DNA of 58,144 nucleotides from a virus (Duplodnaviria; Caudoviricetes), in the IMG/VR virus record IMGVR_UViG_3300022591_000010, positions 1 to 58,144 of that record. One strand, given 5' to 3'. Below, piece by piece: positions 36,026 to 45,610 of the stretch; positions within the stretch are counted from its first letter, which is position 1; every line of letters begins with the position of its first letter. The translations under genes were made by a program, and so were the position numbers. A model generated the notes under the pieces. That model made no database searches. It was not told where the DNA came from and was given only the letters and a program-made list of their open reading frames with translations.

Positions 36026-37813
36026 TTAGATTCCACCAGTAGCGTTAATGATTAGGTTTGCTGCTGTTAAGAATGGGATCTGGCTAGCAGTTAACGTGAT
36101 GTCTGCAGCAGTAGCTGCGTTTGTTGTGTTTAACTGGGTTACGCTTACGTTCAGAATTCCACTAGAGGCGTTCTTAATTGTAGAGATGACGTTTGCAAGA
36201 TAGACGGTGCCTGCAAAGATGTTGTTGTTATAGTAGAACATGCCTCCAGAACCAAGCATAGCCTGATACACAGCTAGCTTCGCATCAGTATTCTTATACG
36301 CAGCAGAGACAGTTACTGTCACTGTTAGGTAGACAGGTACGTATGTTGGTGGAAGAACTGTAAGGCTAACTCCTGCAGGAATCTTATCTGACATGTACTT
36401 TGTAACTGCTGGGACCAGGGTTCCTGAGAAAGAAGATGTAGGGGTCAAGTCAATTACATAACCACCAAGTACGTTAGTGTTATTGCCAGCTGCATAAGCG
36501 CTAGTAACTGTAAAAGAAGTAGTTGTAGGTACAGTTGCAATCTGAGCATTTGATAGGTTATAGGCTATAGGGAGCAAGCCCGAGATGTTCACATAGTCAC
36601 CTACTGCAAATCCATGAGCAGTTGTTGTAGTGTATGTGATAGCAGTACCGCTACTTACTGCAGCAGAGGTGCTACTTACTAGGGTAGCTTGTGGGTAACC
36701 TGGGGCCGGAGAGTTATCGTTCTGTGGCTGAACGTATAGGTTTACAGCAGAGTAGACTGAAGCTGAAGCATTAGCTTTTCCTACTTGAGATACCATCAAA
36801 GCTAGGTTTGCGTAGTCTGCTAATGTTACTGCTCTTCCACGAGTAAATAGTGCAGCCTTAATCTTTTGTCTGATTTGAGCTGTGTTGTCTGGGTCAGCTC
36901 CTCCTGAAGCAGGTAGGGAGTTAGACACTGTAAGGTATGAGATAACCTGAGGGTCTAAGTTTCCAGGAACAAAGGTGAGTTCTGTAACAGAGTTTGACTT
37001 AACGTTTCCTGCAGCACCTACGCTTACTTTGTACAGGGCGCTGATGATTTGTCCGCTTGCTGGAATAGCGCCGTTAACTCCGTCTCCAAAGATAACAGTT
37101 GTAGTTCCATCTGGGTTTCTCTGTGTAGTAAAGACAGCATCTGTAGATCCCCATTCAAGAAGAGAGTCTTCATATGCCCATTGGGTAAAAGCTACACCTT
37201 GTCCTACGTAAACTACCAAAGAACTATCAATGATATTACTATCAACGATAGTAAAGTTCTGGTTTGTAGCTCCAGTAGAGTTACCCAGGTTTACCGGCAA
37301 AGCCTTGTTATATGTGCTGTCGATAAGGTCAGGTCGGTCTGTGTTTACCGTCTTGCCTTCAAGAGCTGCCAAGGTTACTGATGCTCCAGCAGCTAGGCCA
37401 GGATATGCAGCAGTAGTTTCAAAGTATACCTGGCTATATGGGCCGTAAGATAGCGGCGCCATAACCTGGGTTCCAATAGGAATGTCAATAGAGTTTGTAG
37501 TGTTATTGGTAAAAGTAATATTGATAGCTGCAGGTGTAGGACCAGAAGGCTTGTAGTCTACAAGGTTAGCAAAGTTTAACAATGTGCTTAGTTGCACAGC
37601 TGTATCAACGGTAGTTTCATTTGCAACTCGGTCTAGGTAGTGAGACATGACGTCGCCCATATAGGCGAATGCTTCAACCAGCACGTTACCTAAATCTGAG
37701 TAGTCTGTAGGGTTCCAGGTGTAACCAGTAGAACTTGTTCTTGCTCCAATAAGAGCAATCAGGTCAGATTTAAGAGAGTCAAAGTCTCTAGAGGTGTAGT
37801 CAATTTGTGCCAT
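36026..37813 (-). CDS. Baseplate J / T4 gp6-like wedge protein
   Basis: IDYTSRDFDS...FGDGVNG...GGAD...RAVTLADY. Confidence 0.9.
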   Translation of the reverse strand: MAQIDYTSRDFDSLKSDLIALIGARTSSTGYTWNPTDYSDLGNVLVEAFAYMGDVMSHYLDRVANETTVDTAVQLSTLLNFANLVDYKPSGPTPAAINITFTNNTTNSIDIPIGTQVMAPLSYGPYSQVYFETTAAYPGLAAGASVTLAALEGKTVNTDRPDLIDSTYNKALPVNLGNSTGATNQNFTIVDSNIIDSSLVVYVGQGVAFTQWAYEDSLLEWGSTDAVFTTQRNPDGTTTVIFGDGVNGAIPASGQIISALYKVSVGAAGNVKSNSVTELTFVPGNLDPQVISYLTVSNSLPASGGADPDNTAQIRQKIKAALFTRGRAVTLADYANLALMVSQVGKANASASVYSAVNLYVQPQNDNSPAPGYPQATLVSSTSAAVSSGTAITYTTTTAHGFAVGDYVNISGLLPIAYNLSNAQIATVPTTTSFTVTSAYAAGNNTNVLGGYVIDLTPTSSFSGTLVPAVTKYMSDKIPAGVSLTVLPPTYVPVYLTVTVTVSAAYKNTDAKLAVYQAMLGSGGMFYYNNNIFAGTVYLANVISTIKNASSGILNVSVTQLNTTNAATAADITLTASQIPFLTAANLIINATGGI

Positions 37814-37824
37814 GGTTTACCTTT

Positions 37825-38217
37825 CTAGCTTACAAATCCGTCGATAGATATAATTGCTGTATTGATTGGTACTGAAATTAGTGTACTGTCCGGCAGTATA
37901 AGAGATAGCTGTACAGACTCAACACCGCTAGAGTAGCTGTATTGAACGTCAACTCGGTCTACCTTTACCGCAGGAATCCAAATAGCTATAGCAGTTCTAA
38001 TAGCTGCCTGTATTGCAGTCTGAGCATCCCCGTCATGCTCAAACATAGACTTGTGCCAATCCACACCATAGGTAGGTAGCATTGGCCTTTGCCCTACGCT
38101 TGTTGATAACAAGGTAAGAACCCTGTCTAAGTATATCTTAGAGCTAAGGGTGGTTGTAGATACAACTCCATACGGACTTACCGTATATGGGTATGAAATA
38201 GCTACGTCTGTGTTCAT
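37825..38217 (-). CDS. gp25/GPW-like baseplate protein
   Basis: LLSTSVGQRPMLPTYG...WIPAV; likely start at MNTDV (ATGA overlap). Confidence 0.9.
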   Translation of the reverse strand: MNTDVAISYPYTVSPYGVVSTTTLSSKIYLDRVLTLLSTSVGQRPMLPTYGVDWHKSMFEHDGDAQTAIQAAIRTAIAIWIPAVKVDRVDVQYSYSSGVESVQLSLILPDSTLISVPINTAIISIDGFVS

Positions 38218-38879
38218 GCTTGTACTCCCATCCAAACAGGATTATCTGGTAAACCTCCAACAAACATGACCCAAATCAACTGACCGATAGCCGGTACAGA
38301 TCTGTGGAAGGTATGCTCTGGGGTGGTTGAGTTAGTGATGTCGTTTAAAGTTCCAGTTTGGTTATGTGCGTAGTTTCCTGCTGGGTATGAGCTATTCTCT
38401 AAAGCGTCTGTAGTGCTGCTGATAGTAGGTTTAACAGTACTAATGTTCTGTTGATTTGTGGCCAACATTGTTTTAGTAGGGGTTGCGTGGGCATGGTTGA
38501 GCTGGTACGTAGAGTTCTTTGCAACAATAGTTAAAGCAGGTATTGTGGTAGAGGTTGTAACAGTAACCGCCCCACCTGTTGCTGAGGATCCTGAACCTGT
38601 TCCAGCAGCCGCTACCGAGGTAGTTGTTAGCATGTTAGCTATATCAGATGCTAGATGCGCCTTGTGGTCAGGGTGATACGAGGTGTCTGTTACCGGCAAG
38701 CATCCAGGAATCCAGTTAGTTTTAGAAACTCCGGTTGCCTGATATACCTGGACTTTTAATCTGCTTTTGTTTAATGGGTCTTTGTTATCAATGACGACAG
38801 CAGAGTATATACCAGGAAGTATAGGTCGACCTTGTGGGTCATGCCCATACTCACTCTCATGTGCTTCATGTTGTCTCAT
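38214..38879 (-). CDS. Central spike (gp5/gpV OB-fold) with an internal His-rich insertion
   Basis: GIYSAVVIDNKDP...RLKVQV...W, and C-terminal VPAIGQLIWVMFVGG..PVWMG. Confidence 0.8.
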   Translation of the reverse strand: MRQHEAHESEYGHDPQGRPILPGIYSAVVIDNKDPLNKSRLKVQVYQATGVSKTNWIPGCLPVTDTSYHPDHKAHLASDIANMLTTTSVAAAGTGSGSSATGGAVTVTTSTTIPALTIVAKNSTYQLNHAHATPTKTMLATNQQNISTVKPTISSTTDALENSSYPAGNYAHNQTGTLNDITNSTTPEHTFHRSVPAIGQLIWVMFVGGLPDNPVWMGVQA

Positions 38880-39490
38880 ATTACCAGTGTACCATTCTTT
38901 TTAGCTCTAAATCTAGTTACAGGTTTTACATTAGATGTGTTAGGTGCTGATCCTAAGTAAGGCGTTGAACCAGAGACAGTAGGGACTGCAACATCAGAAG
39001 ATTTTGTAGCTGCAGTTGGAGGTACTACTCCAGTGGATGGAGTAAAGGAACTAGAGTTAGGTGAGGTCGATACGTCTATCATAATAGTTTCGTCTTCTAT
39101 AAGAGCTTGACCGGCAATCTCAGCCTGTACATCTCTAGTGCCGCCAGCATAAGCTGCAGAAGGATTTTGATCTCCTAAAATATCAGTACCGACTTCTACC
39201 TCTACAACATAGTTAGCTGGTGATCCACCAAATCTATGTATAATAGATAGTACTATCCAGTACCCAGACATCCCATTAGGAAGACCATCTAAATAGATGG
39301 GGTCATATGGCCGCAAGGCTGGGTCTCCTACAAGAAGTACTTTTGCTCTATGCTGCCATTTATGTACATTGCTGTACCCATCTGCAAGAAGCTTAGATTC
39401 AGCTAGGCTGCCTACTAAGTCTCTAACATGGTGCTTTTTAAAGATAGAGTCTGAGGCAACCCCAGAGTCATTAGAAAAATTACTGCTCAT
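38876..39490 (-). CDS. Baseplate hub, C-terminal half (gp27/gpD-like)
   Basis: GDPALRP...IYLDGL...SGYWIV.SIIH.F. Confidence 0.7.
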   Translation of the reverse strand: MSSNFSNDSGVASDSIFKKHHVRDLVGSLAESKLLADGYSNVHKWQHRAKVLLVGDPALRPYDPIYLDGLPNGMSGYWIVLSIIHRFGGSPANYVVEVEVGTDILGDQNPSAAYAGGTRDVQAEIAGQALIEDETIMIDVSTSPNSSSFTPSTGVVPPTAATKSSDVAVPTVSGSTPYLGSAPNTSNVKPVTRFRAKKNGTLVI

Positions 39491-40338
39491 ACTAGGAAGT
39501 ACCCCGCAGACGGCTTTACAACTCCCTTAGATCCTTTAGGAGTTTTAACATATGGGTGGGTTGTCTTGATTACTAGCCCGGTAGTCTTATTAATTCCAGT
39601 AACAACACGATCTACCCTTACGCCAATTTCAGGAGCATTGTCTGATACTTCAGGGCTGAAGCTTAGAATGCTTCCAAGACCTCTTAGGGCTGGAGTCACT
39701 GCTCCGCCTTCCTCAGAGTCCACGTATATAAAGTATGGGGCAGCATATTTTTTAGCGTTATAAATTTTATCCTTAGACATATAAAAGATAGTAGTGTTTG
39801 AGCAGTAGAGCGCAAACCCAGATTGCTTTGCAAGACTCTTGATAAGCTGCCAGTCACTTTGACCAGACTGAGCTACGCTGTCTCTAACTCTAGGGTCTCT
39901 CTGACAGATTGCGCTGAAGCCGTGCTTAGCTGCGATCTTAGATACCACTTGATCTGAAGTAAGGTTGGTGTAAATAGTTTGGTCTGTATCTTTAAGGGAT
40001 CTAGACGCACCAACACATACTATATCTGTGTTTCCGCCATCAAGCCCATGACTTTGAACAGTGTGGTTTATATATCCGTACCAAGTCAGGCCTACACCAC
40101 TCTCTGTAGTAACAGTAAAGATAATTGGGTCGTGGCTAGTAAGGGCCTCTCTATCTATGTAGGGAGTTCCTTTATAGTGCAGCACCAATCTATCATGTGC
40201 TTCCATGTCCTGGTGAAGCTCCGCTCCAATAAGAAGCAGGTCCATATCAGGAGCTTTGGGAAAGGTAGCGTTAAACGCTGGGTTAGTTGAAGCGTTCCAT
40301 ATAAAGTTTCTAAGTGGGTTTACTAGACTAGTTTCCAT
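39487..40338 (-). CDS. Baseplate hub, N-terminal half (gp27/gpD-like)
   Basis: YGYIN...TSDQVVSKIAAKHG...QSGQSDWQLIKSLAKQSG. Confidence 0.8.
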   Translation of the reverse strand: METSLVNPLRNFIWNASTNPAFNATFPKAPDMDLLLIGAELHQDMEAHDRLVLHYKGTPYIDREALTSHDPIIFTVTTESGVGLTWYGYINHTVQSHGLDGGNTDIVCVGASRSLKDTDQTIYTNLTSDQVVSKIAAKHGFSAICQRDPRVRDSVAQSGQSDWQLIKSLAKQSGFALYCSNTTIFYMSKDKIYNAKKYAAPYFIYVDSEEGGAVTPALRGLGSILSFSPEVSDNAPEIGVRVDRVVTGINKTTGLVIKTTHPYVKTPKGSKGVVKPSAGYFLV

Positions 40339-40609
40339 ATGGAATCCTTATAACAGTTCCAGGGTCAATATAGAATGGGTCTAATAGCTCTGGATTAAGA
40401 TCAGTAATCTTCCACCAAAACTTAGGCTGTATGTTAAAAGCATCTGCAACCAGAGCAAGCTCATCTCTTTCTTTCCAGGTATAAGGAACATAGTTAACTG
40501 ATTCCCCACTAGGAAATTTTCTGTATACAGAGATTACGTACTCGCCGCTACTCTTATCTTTAAGCTGGGCAATAGGACCAGTGTAGTATCTAGAAGTTCT
40601 TCCGATCAT
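40328..40609 (-). CDS. LysM-like baseplate protein (gpX/gp53-like)
   Basis: WWKITDLNPELLDPFYIDPGTVIRIP. Confidence 0.85.
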   Translation of the reverse strand: MIGRTSRYYTGPIAQLKDKSSGEYVISVYRKFPSGESVNYVPYTWKERDELALVADAFNIQPKFWWKITDLNPELLDPFYIDPGTVIRIPYGN

Positions 40610-40620
40610 TTATATTATCC

Positions 40621-42687
40621 TTATGGCTTCTTAGGTGGGGTAGTGCCAGTACCAGTAGTATTAGCTGCAGCGTTTTGAGCATTAAGGTCCTTAGCAATAG
40701 ATGCGGCTCCGCCTTGCTTAGAGAACAGTGTGCCGTTCCATAGGGCAGGGTATCTAGTAAAGCCGATAGTGACAGTGCTTAGAATAGGAACCATGTCTAG
40801 ATTAAACATAACATGGTTTACTGAGATGCTGGCTACCGAACCAAAGTATCTCATGTTATCGTTTAAATGCATCCAACATGGCATGGCTGTTGTGTACCCA
40901 AAGTCTGATGTAGGTTCGTTATAGCTACTTCCGAACAGTAATGAGTTCTTTAGGGGATCCCCATTTACTACTCTATATAGATATTCAATATCATATTCAG
41001 TTCCTCGGTTAAGAATTCCTTGAATAGCCTTGTCGCTTATAGCATGCCCATAAGCTTGGCTTAAAGAAACAGAGCCTTTATGGGCAGTACTTGTATACTC
41101 TCTTAGATACGCCATATCAGGAATGCGGTTTATATAGAGCTGTACAGTTACGTTCTGGTTACCAGCAAGTAAAACCGCAGGATCTTTTCTTCCAAGACTC
41201 CAGTCAATAGAGTTATCAGAAGCAGTCGTATAGTTAATTGTCTGAGGGTTGTACATAAATCTAAAGCCCCAAAGCTTAGATCCTGTATAGTTCTTAGAGT
41301 CAAAGGTAAGGTTATCTGGGTTTGTATTCAAAGCCTTAGCTCCTTGAGAGTCTTGAATGATTCTACCTAGATTCGCTGTCCTTTTATTTTCTCCGCTATA
41401 GCCTAAGCTCATAGGTTTAATTGCAGGTTGAGCCATAGCTTCGTAGTAAGCGCTCAAAGCATCCGGATCTTTTACGATAGCGTTGCTCTGCATCATTCTC
41501 TGACCATAAGAAATATCCCTAGCTCCAATATGTGGAGGTGGGTTGTAGCGTTCTTCTTCAGCAGGCTCGACAGTAGGTCCTATTGCATCTGCTGGAGGCG
41601 TAGCCCCCCCGGGTCCTGTAGCAGTAGTTGACCCTGTGTTGTTGCAGTTAGCAAGAATGGCCAGCCTCGCCTTAGTTAATACCGCTGATAGTTTTGGTCC
41701 TGCCATAGTTCCAATAGAAGACGCATTAGTAGGCATCTTTTCATTGGTAACTGTTTCGATAGCTTTAGGAGTAGACCCATTTATATCAGATATATAAACT
41801 GTGTAGTTATATGTTCCGTTAGTAATTCCGCTAGGCCCTGCATTAGCAGCAATTTTTATACCAACCCATTGAGGTTTTGTGGTCCCATTAAACAACCCAC
41901 AGTAATCATAGTACAGATACCCATACAATGGCCAACCACCATTTGATACAGCCACCTGAGTAGCTGTAATGGCGGAGGTCATGTTAGCTGGTACTGGCGG
42001 GGTAGTCCTCTTAGTGCTTACATTGAAGCCTGGGCAGATACCTAACAATGTAGGATGTTGAGGGTTAGCGTTACCATCATAGAACTGACCATTGTTTATA
42101 ATATTGGCGTTAAAGGTAACCGCATTGTACATATTCCAGCCGGTAGCTTTAGGACTTACAGTTACTTTAAATACATCTCCATTTGTATTTTGAGTTGTAA
42201 TGTTAGTAGTTCCGCCATTAGTAATATTATAGCCACCATAGTAAGTAGTTCCTGTGCCACCCTGAACTCCGCCAGGCCACATGTTTCCTGTGTTAGCGAC
42301 TGTAATCTTTACGTTATCTACTATGTTAGCATTTTTTCCGTTAACGTTTGTAGCACTTTTACTTTTAGACCCAAGCCAATAAAACTTAGCAGCACCGTTT
42401 CCATTTGTTCCATCATCGTACATGTAAACTCTGAAAGCGTATATAACTTGAAAGTTAGGTTCAATAACCATGCTGTTGTTGGCAGTAGTTGCTACTCCTA
42501 CTGTGGGGCTTGTAGGCTTTGTAGAGTTTCCCTTGTTTTCTTGATAGGTTAAAACAAGGTTTGGAAAGTTTGAATTGTTTTCAAGAACAGCAATGTTCTG
42601 AGCTTGAAGGCTTAAATCTTGGTTAGCGTAAGCAGCAGTCTGCCAATCTACATAGGTGGAGACGGTGTAGTGGTATGAGTATGCCAT
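40621..42687 (-). CDS. Tail tube initiator-like protein with a large N-terminal extension
   Basis: C-terminal tube fold FRFMYNPQTI...YFGSVASISVNHVMFNLDMVP; located right after the tape measure gene. Confidence 0.65.
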   Translation of the reverse strand: MAYSYHYTVSTYVDWQTAAYANQDLSLQAQNIAVLENNSNFPNLVLTYQENKGNSTKPTSPTVGVATTANNSMVIEPNFQVIYAFRVYMYDDGTNGNGAAKFYWLGSKSKSATNVNGKNANIVDNVKITVANTGNMWPGGVQGGTGTTYYGGYNITNGGTTNITTQNTNGDVFKVTVSPKATGWNMYNAVTFNANIINNGQFYDGNANPQHPTLLGICPGFNVSTKRTTPPVPANMTSAITATQVAVSNGGWPLYGYLYYDYCGLFNGTTKPQWVGIKIAANAGPSGITNGTYNYTVYISDINGSTPKAIETVTNEKMPTNASSIGTMAGPKLSAVLTKARLAILANCNNTGSTTATGPGGATPPADAIGPTVEPAEEERYNPPPHIGARDISYGQRMMQSNAIVKDPDALSAYYEAMAQPAIKPMSLGYSGENKRTANLGRIIQDSQGAKALNTNPDNLTFDSKNYTGSKLWGFRFMYNPQTINYTTASDNSIDWSLGRKDPAVLLAGNQNVTVQLYINRIPDMAYLREYTSTAHKGSVSLSQAYGHAISDKAIQGILNRGTEYDIEYLYRVVNGDPLKNSLLFGSSYNEPTSDFGYTTAMPCWMHLNDNMRYFGSVASISVNHVMFNLDMVPILSTVTIGFTRYPALWNGTLFSKQGGAASIAKDLNAQNAAANTTGTGTTPPKKP

Positions 42688-45455
42688 TATAAACTGTGTC
42701 CAAGTCTGTCTAGAGAATACGGATTGCTTGATAATTCTTTCTTTAGGCGAGCAGCTACAGTACTTACTAGTCGCTCTGTCTCTGCAACGCCGGCGTTTCT
42801 AATGTTAACTGTCATGTTCAAGTTGACAGTTGCTGTGCCGCTAGCGCCTCTAGAAGAAATGGTACCAGAGCTTACAGCAGACATTGCAGTTCCTGCTCCA
42901 ACAGAGCCTACGTTCATGCCTTGATGTGGACCACCATATCCAGGAATATTAGTTCCCCAAGGTGAGTGGTCTACAGCAGTTAGGACTGATGCGCTATCTG
43001 TTCCCTTAGAAAGGGCAGATAGAATGTTCTTATATCTACCATTATTAAGAGTTTGGATGGTAGCTGAGTAGCCGTCCTCCCAAGACTTATAGGCCTGTAC
43101 ACCCATGCCATGGCCCAAATCATTCATTGACGTTGAGCCATTATATTGCTGTGTAGTGTTTAGGGGATTATAGTGAGCAGAGTTCTTCCACTGACCGCCT
43201 TCCCAAGCTGCCCATGTAGTCAAGGCATTGATGTTCTCTTTTGTTACAGGCTTGCCAAGCTTTGCAAGAAGTGTCTTTGCCCAAGTTAGCTTGCTGCCTG
43301 TACCTAAAATAATTCCTCTTGTAGGCTTGACTGTTCCTGAAATCCAAGAGAGAGATTTATCTTTTCCGATATTCTTTGCTCCACCGTTTCCAAACGGATC
43401 TGTGATTCCTGATAGCGCTGAAGATGCGGAAGAAGAGTTAAGGATAGTTTGTAGGTCAGAACTAGATAGAGAGCTCCCACCAGACATATCAGCAGATGCA
43501 AAGTTTCTTTGGCTAACAGATCCGCTTCTTGAGCTGTTTGAAGATACTGTTGTGCTCTGAGGAGGAAGCGGTGGTTGAGGAGAGGCCCCGCTTAGGTATG
43601 GGGTAGGATCTACCTTCTTACCATTAACAAGAACTTCAAAGTGAAGGTGTGGGCCGGTAGAGCGTCCAGTAGAACCAGAGAAACCAATTACTTCTCCGGC
43701 CTTTACTTTTTGCCCTCTAGTAACCTTTACGCTTTGTAGGTGGGCATAACGAGTAGCAGTTCCATCTTCATGCTTTACTTCGACCCAGTTACCATAACCG
43801 TTAGCTTCGTTACCTATGATTGATACTACTCCAGCTTTAATAGCTGTTACAGGAGTTTTTAGCTGAGCACCAAAGTCTGTTCCTGGGTGTCCGTTATGTC
43901 CGTATGGTTGGGTTATAGGCGTGGACTTAGGTACAGGAAGAATAGAAGGGCCGGCAGCAACTGCCGGAGTTTTAGAGTTCTTTCCTACCGTGCCTACGCC
44001 ACCATGATCTTTAGGACCACCGGCAGCTACAGCAGCTACTTCTCCAGTAGCTAGTATGTCTTCTGCGGCCAACCCCACATCTTCTAAAAGACTTCCTCCC
44101 TTTAGAGGATTGTGGAACTGTCTTTTTACAAAATTAAATGCTTTGCCAAATATGTTGCCACCTTTAGAAGCTACCTTAGATTTAGCTAATTTAGCTCCTA
44201 GTGTAGACTCTCCAACATTAACTCCTAGCTTTCCTAAAATACTTGGTCCGTACTTAGAGATTGCCTTGTAGGCAAGGTAGTCTTGTCCTATGTTCATAGC
44301 AGTTCGGCCCACACTAGATATAGTGCTACCAACGTTGCCTGTATTAGGGAAGGTCTGTAGTGCGCCCTTGAATGTCATAAGTGCTTCTGTTACCGGACCA
44401 AGTGCGTTAGCAAGATCAGCAAAGCCACTAGTAAGTGCTGCATTAGTTCTTACGGCAGCATCGTATCCACCTACTAAACCTTGTTCAGTAGCTTGAAGAA
44501 CCTTAGCTTGAGCAGCGGAACCTCTAAAGTTTGCACGAATAGGGCTGCTCTTATCCACACCCATAAGATCCAACATCTTGTTTGGATCCTTGTTATTCAT
44601 TGCAGCACTAAATGTTTTAGCATTCGTGCTTGCTCGTGCAATAAGTCCAGAAGTAATAAGTTCAGTTAGATTTGGATCTCCTCCGGCAATTGCCTGGATA
44701 GATCGAGCACCCTTGCTATTAGGGTTGCGAAGAGTAGCCGCCTGTTCCTGTGTGATCTTTTGTCCACGGTACAAGAAGTTGTAGACCTGATTAATAATCT
44801 GGTCCATAGGCTTTAGGTTGCCTTGAGAGTCACGGATGTTTACGCCCATGCGTAGGAACATCATGCCGTTCATAGCGCCAGCACCTGCAGCAGCCTGCTG
44901 ATTTGTCATGCCAGAGAAAGCGCTCATTCCAGAAAGCTGTCCCATTATGGTCTTAGAGCTTAAGGAGTTTGCAGAATAGCCGCTATAGAATAAAGCTTGC
45001 TGCGCTTGTACTGCGCCCATAGCGCTTGTAGCGCCACCGCCAACAGCTTTGTTTGCTCCAACAATAGCTTGACGAGAAGACATTCCGCTTAGACCGGCAT
45101 AAGAATCAGCAGTAATACGTTGAGTTACAGCCGCCATAGTATCTGGCGACATACGGTACATTGCGCTGCCCACACCAAAAGCTGCTAGGCCTAAACCGAT
45201 GCCCATCTTTTCAGCTTTAGAGAAAGAACCTAAACCAAGTCGTCCTGATCCAGTTCTGTCTTTAGCCATGCCGTTAGTGGCATTAGTTGTTTCTCTAAGA
45301 GTGTCTGACCACTTCTTAGAGATAACATCTACATACTTTTCAACTTCTTTGAACAGGCGAAGCATCTCTTTGGGGAAATCCTCAAAGAGTGCCTTCTCAT
45401 TAACTTTAGGTGCTTGTGGCCCATCAGAGGCTATACCTAGGTTACTACTACTCAG
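42687..45455 (-). CDS. Tape measure protein with M23 peptidase and C-terminal lysozyme-like domains (CTG start at 45455 proposed; first ATG at 45365)
   Basis: Ala/Gly-rich helical N-terminus; HPGTDF...YAHL...STGPHLHFE (M23); W...EGG...YNPLNTT...Y.SWEDG (lysozyme-like). Confidence 0.85.
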   Translation of the reverse strand: MSSSNLGIASDGPQAPKVNEKALFEDFPKEMLRLFKEVEKYVDVISKKWSDTLRETTNATNGMAKDRTGSGRLGLGSFSKAEKMGIGLGLAAFGVGSAMYRMSPDTMAAVTQRITADSYAGLSGMSSRQAIVGANKAVGGGATSAMGAVQAQQALFYSGYSANSLSSKTIMGQLSGMSAFSGMTNQQAAAGAGAMNGMMFLRMGVNIRDSQGNLKPMDQIINQVYNFLYRGQKITQEQAATLRNPNSKGARSIQAIAGGDPNLTELITSGLIARASTNAKTFSAAMNNKDPNKMLDLMGVDKSSPIRANFRGSAAQAKVLQATEQGLVGGYDAAVRTNAALTSGFADLANALGPVTEALMTFKGALQTFPNTGNVGSTISSVGRTAMNIGQDYLAYKAISKYGPSILGKLGVNVGESTLGAKLAKSKVASKGGNIFGKAFNFVKRQFHNPLKGGSLLEDVGLAAEDILATGEVAAVAAGGPKDHGGVGTVGKNSKTPAVAAGPSILPVPKSTPITQPYGHNGHPGTDFGAQLKTPVTAIKAGVVSIIGNEANGYGNWVEVKHEDGTATRYAHLQSVKVTRGQKVKAGEVIGFSGSTGRSTGPHLHFEVLVNGKKVDPTPYLSGASPQPPLPPQSTTVSSNSSRSGSVSQRNFASADMSGGSSLSSSDLQTILNSSSASSALSGITDPFGNGGAKNIGKDKSLSWISGTVKPTRGIILGTGSKLTWAKTLLAKLGKPVTKENINALTTWAAWEGGQWKNSAHYNPLNTTQQYNGSTSMNDLGHGMGVQAYKSWEDGYSATIQTLNNGRYKNILSALSKGTDSASVLTAVDHSPWGTNIPGYGGPHQGMNVGSVGAGTAMSAVSSGTISSRGASGTATVNLNMTVNIRNAGVAETERLVSTVAARLKKELSSNPYSLDRLGHSL

Positions 45456-45460
45456 TTAAA

Positions 45461-45610
45461 TCACCGCCTTAAACGATTTTGCAATCTACCTAACCACATC
45501 AAACGTTCTCTAAAACTTAGAGCCCGTATCTCTTCCAGAGTCCATCCAGGGTAACCTTGACTCATATAGTCAAAGGTTTCCACTAAAAGGGTGTAGTCAA
45601 TCTCTCCCTT
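45461..45610 (-). CDS. Tail assembly chaperone extension (GpE'/gp51-like), probably expressed by a +1 frameshift
   Basis: Manual translation KGEIDYTLLVETFDYMSQGYPGWTLEEIRALSFRERLMWLGRLQNRLRR*. Confidence 0.7.
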   Translation of the reverse strand, partial: KGEIDYTLLVETFDYMSQGYPGWTLEEIRALSFRERLMWLGRLQNRLRR

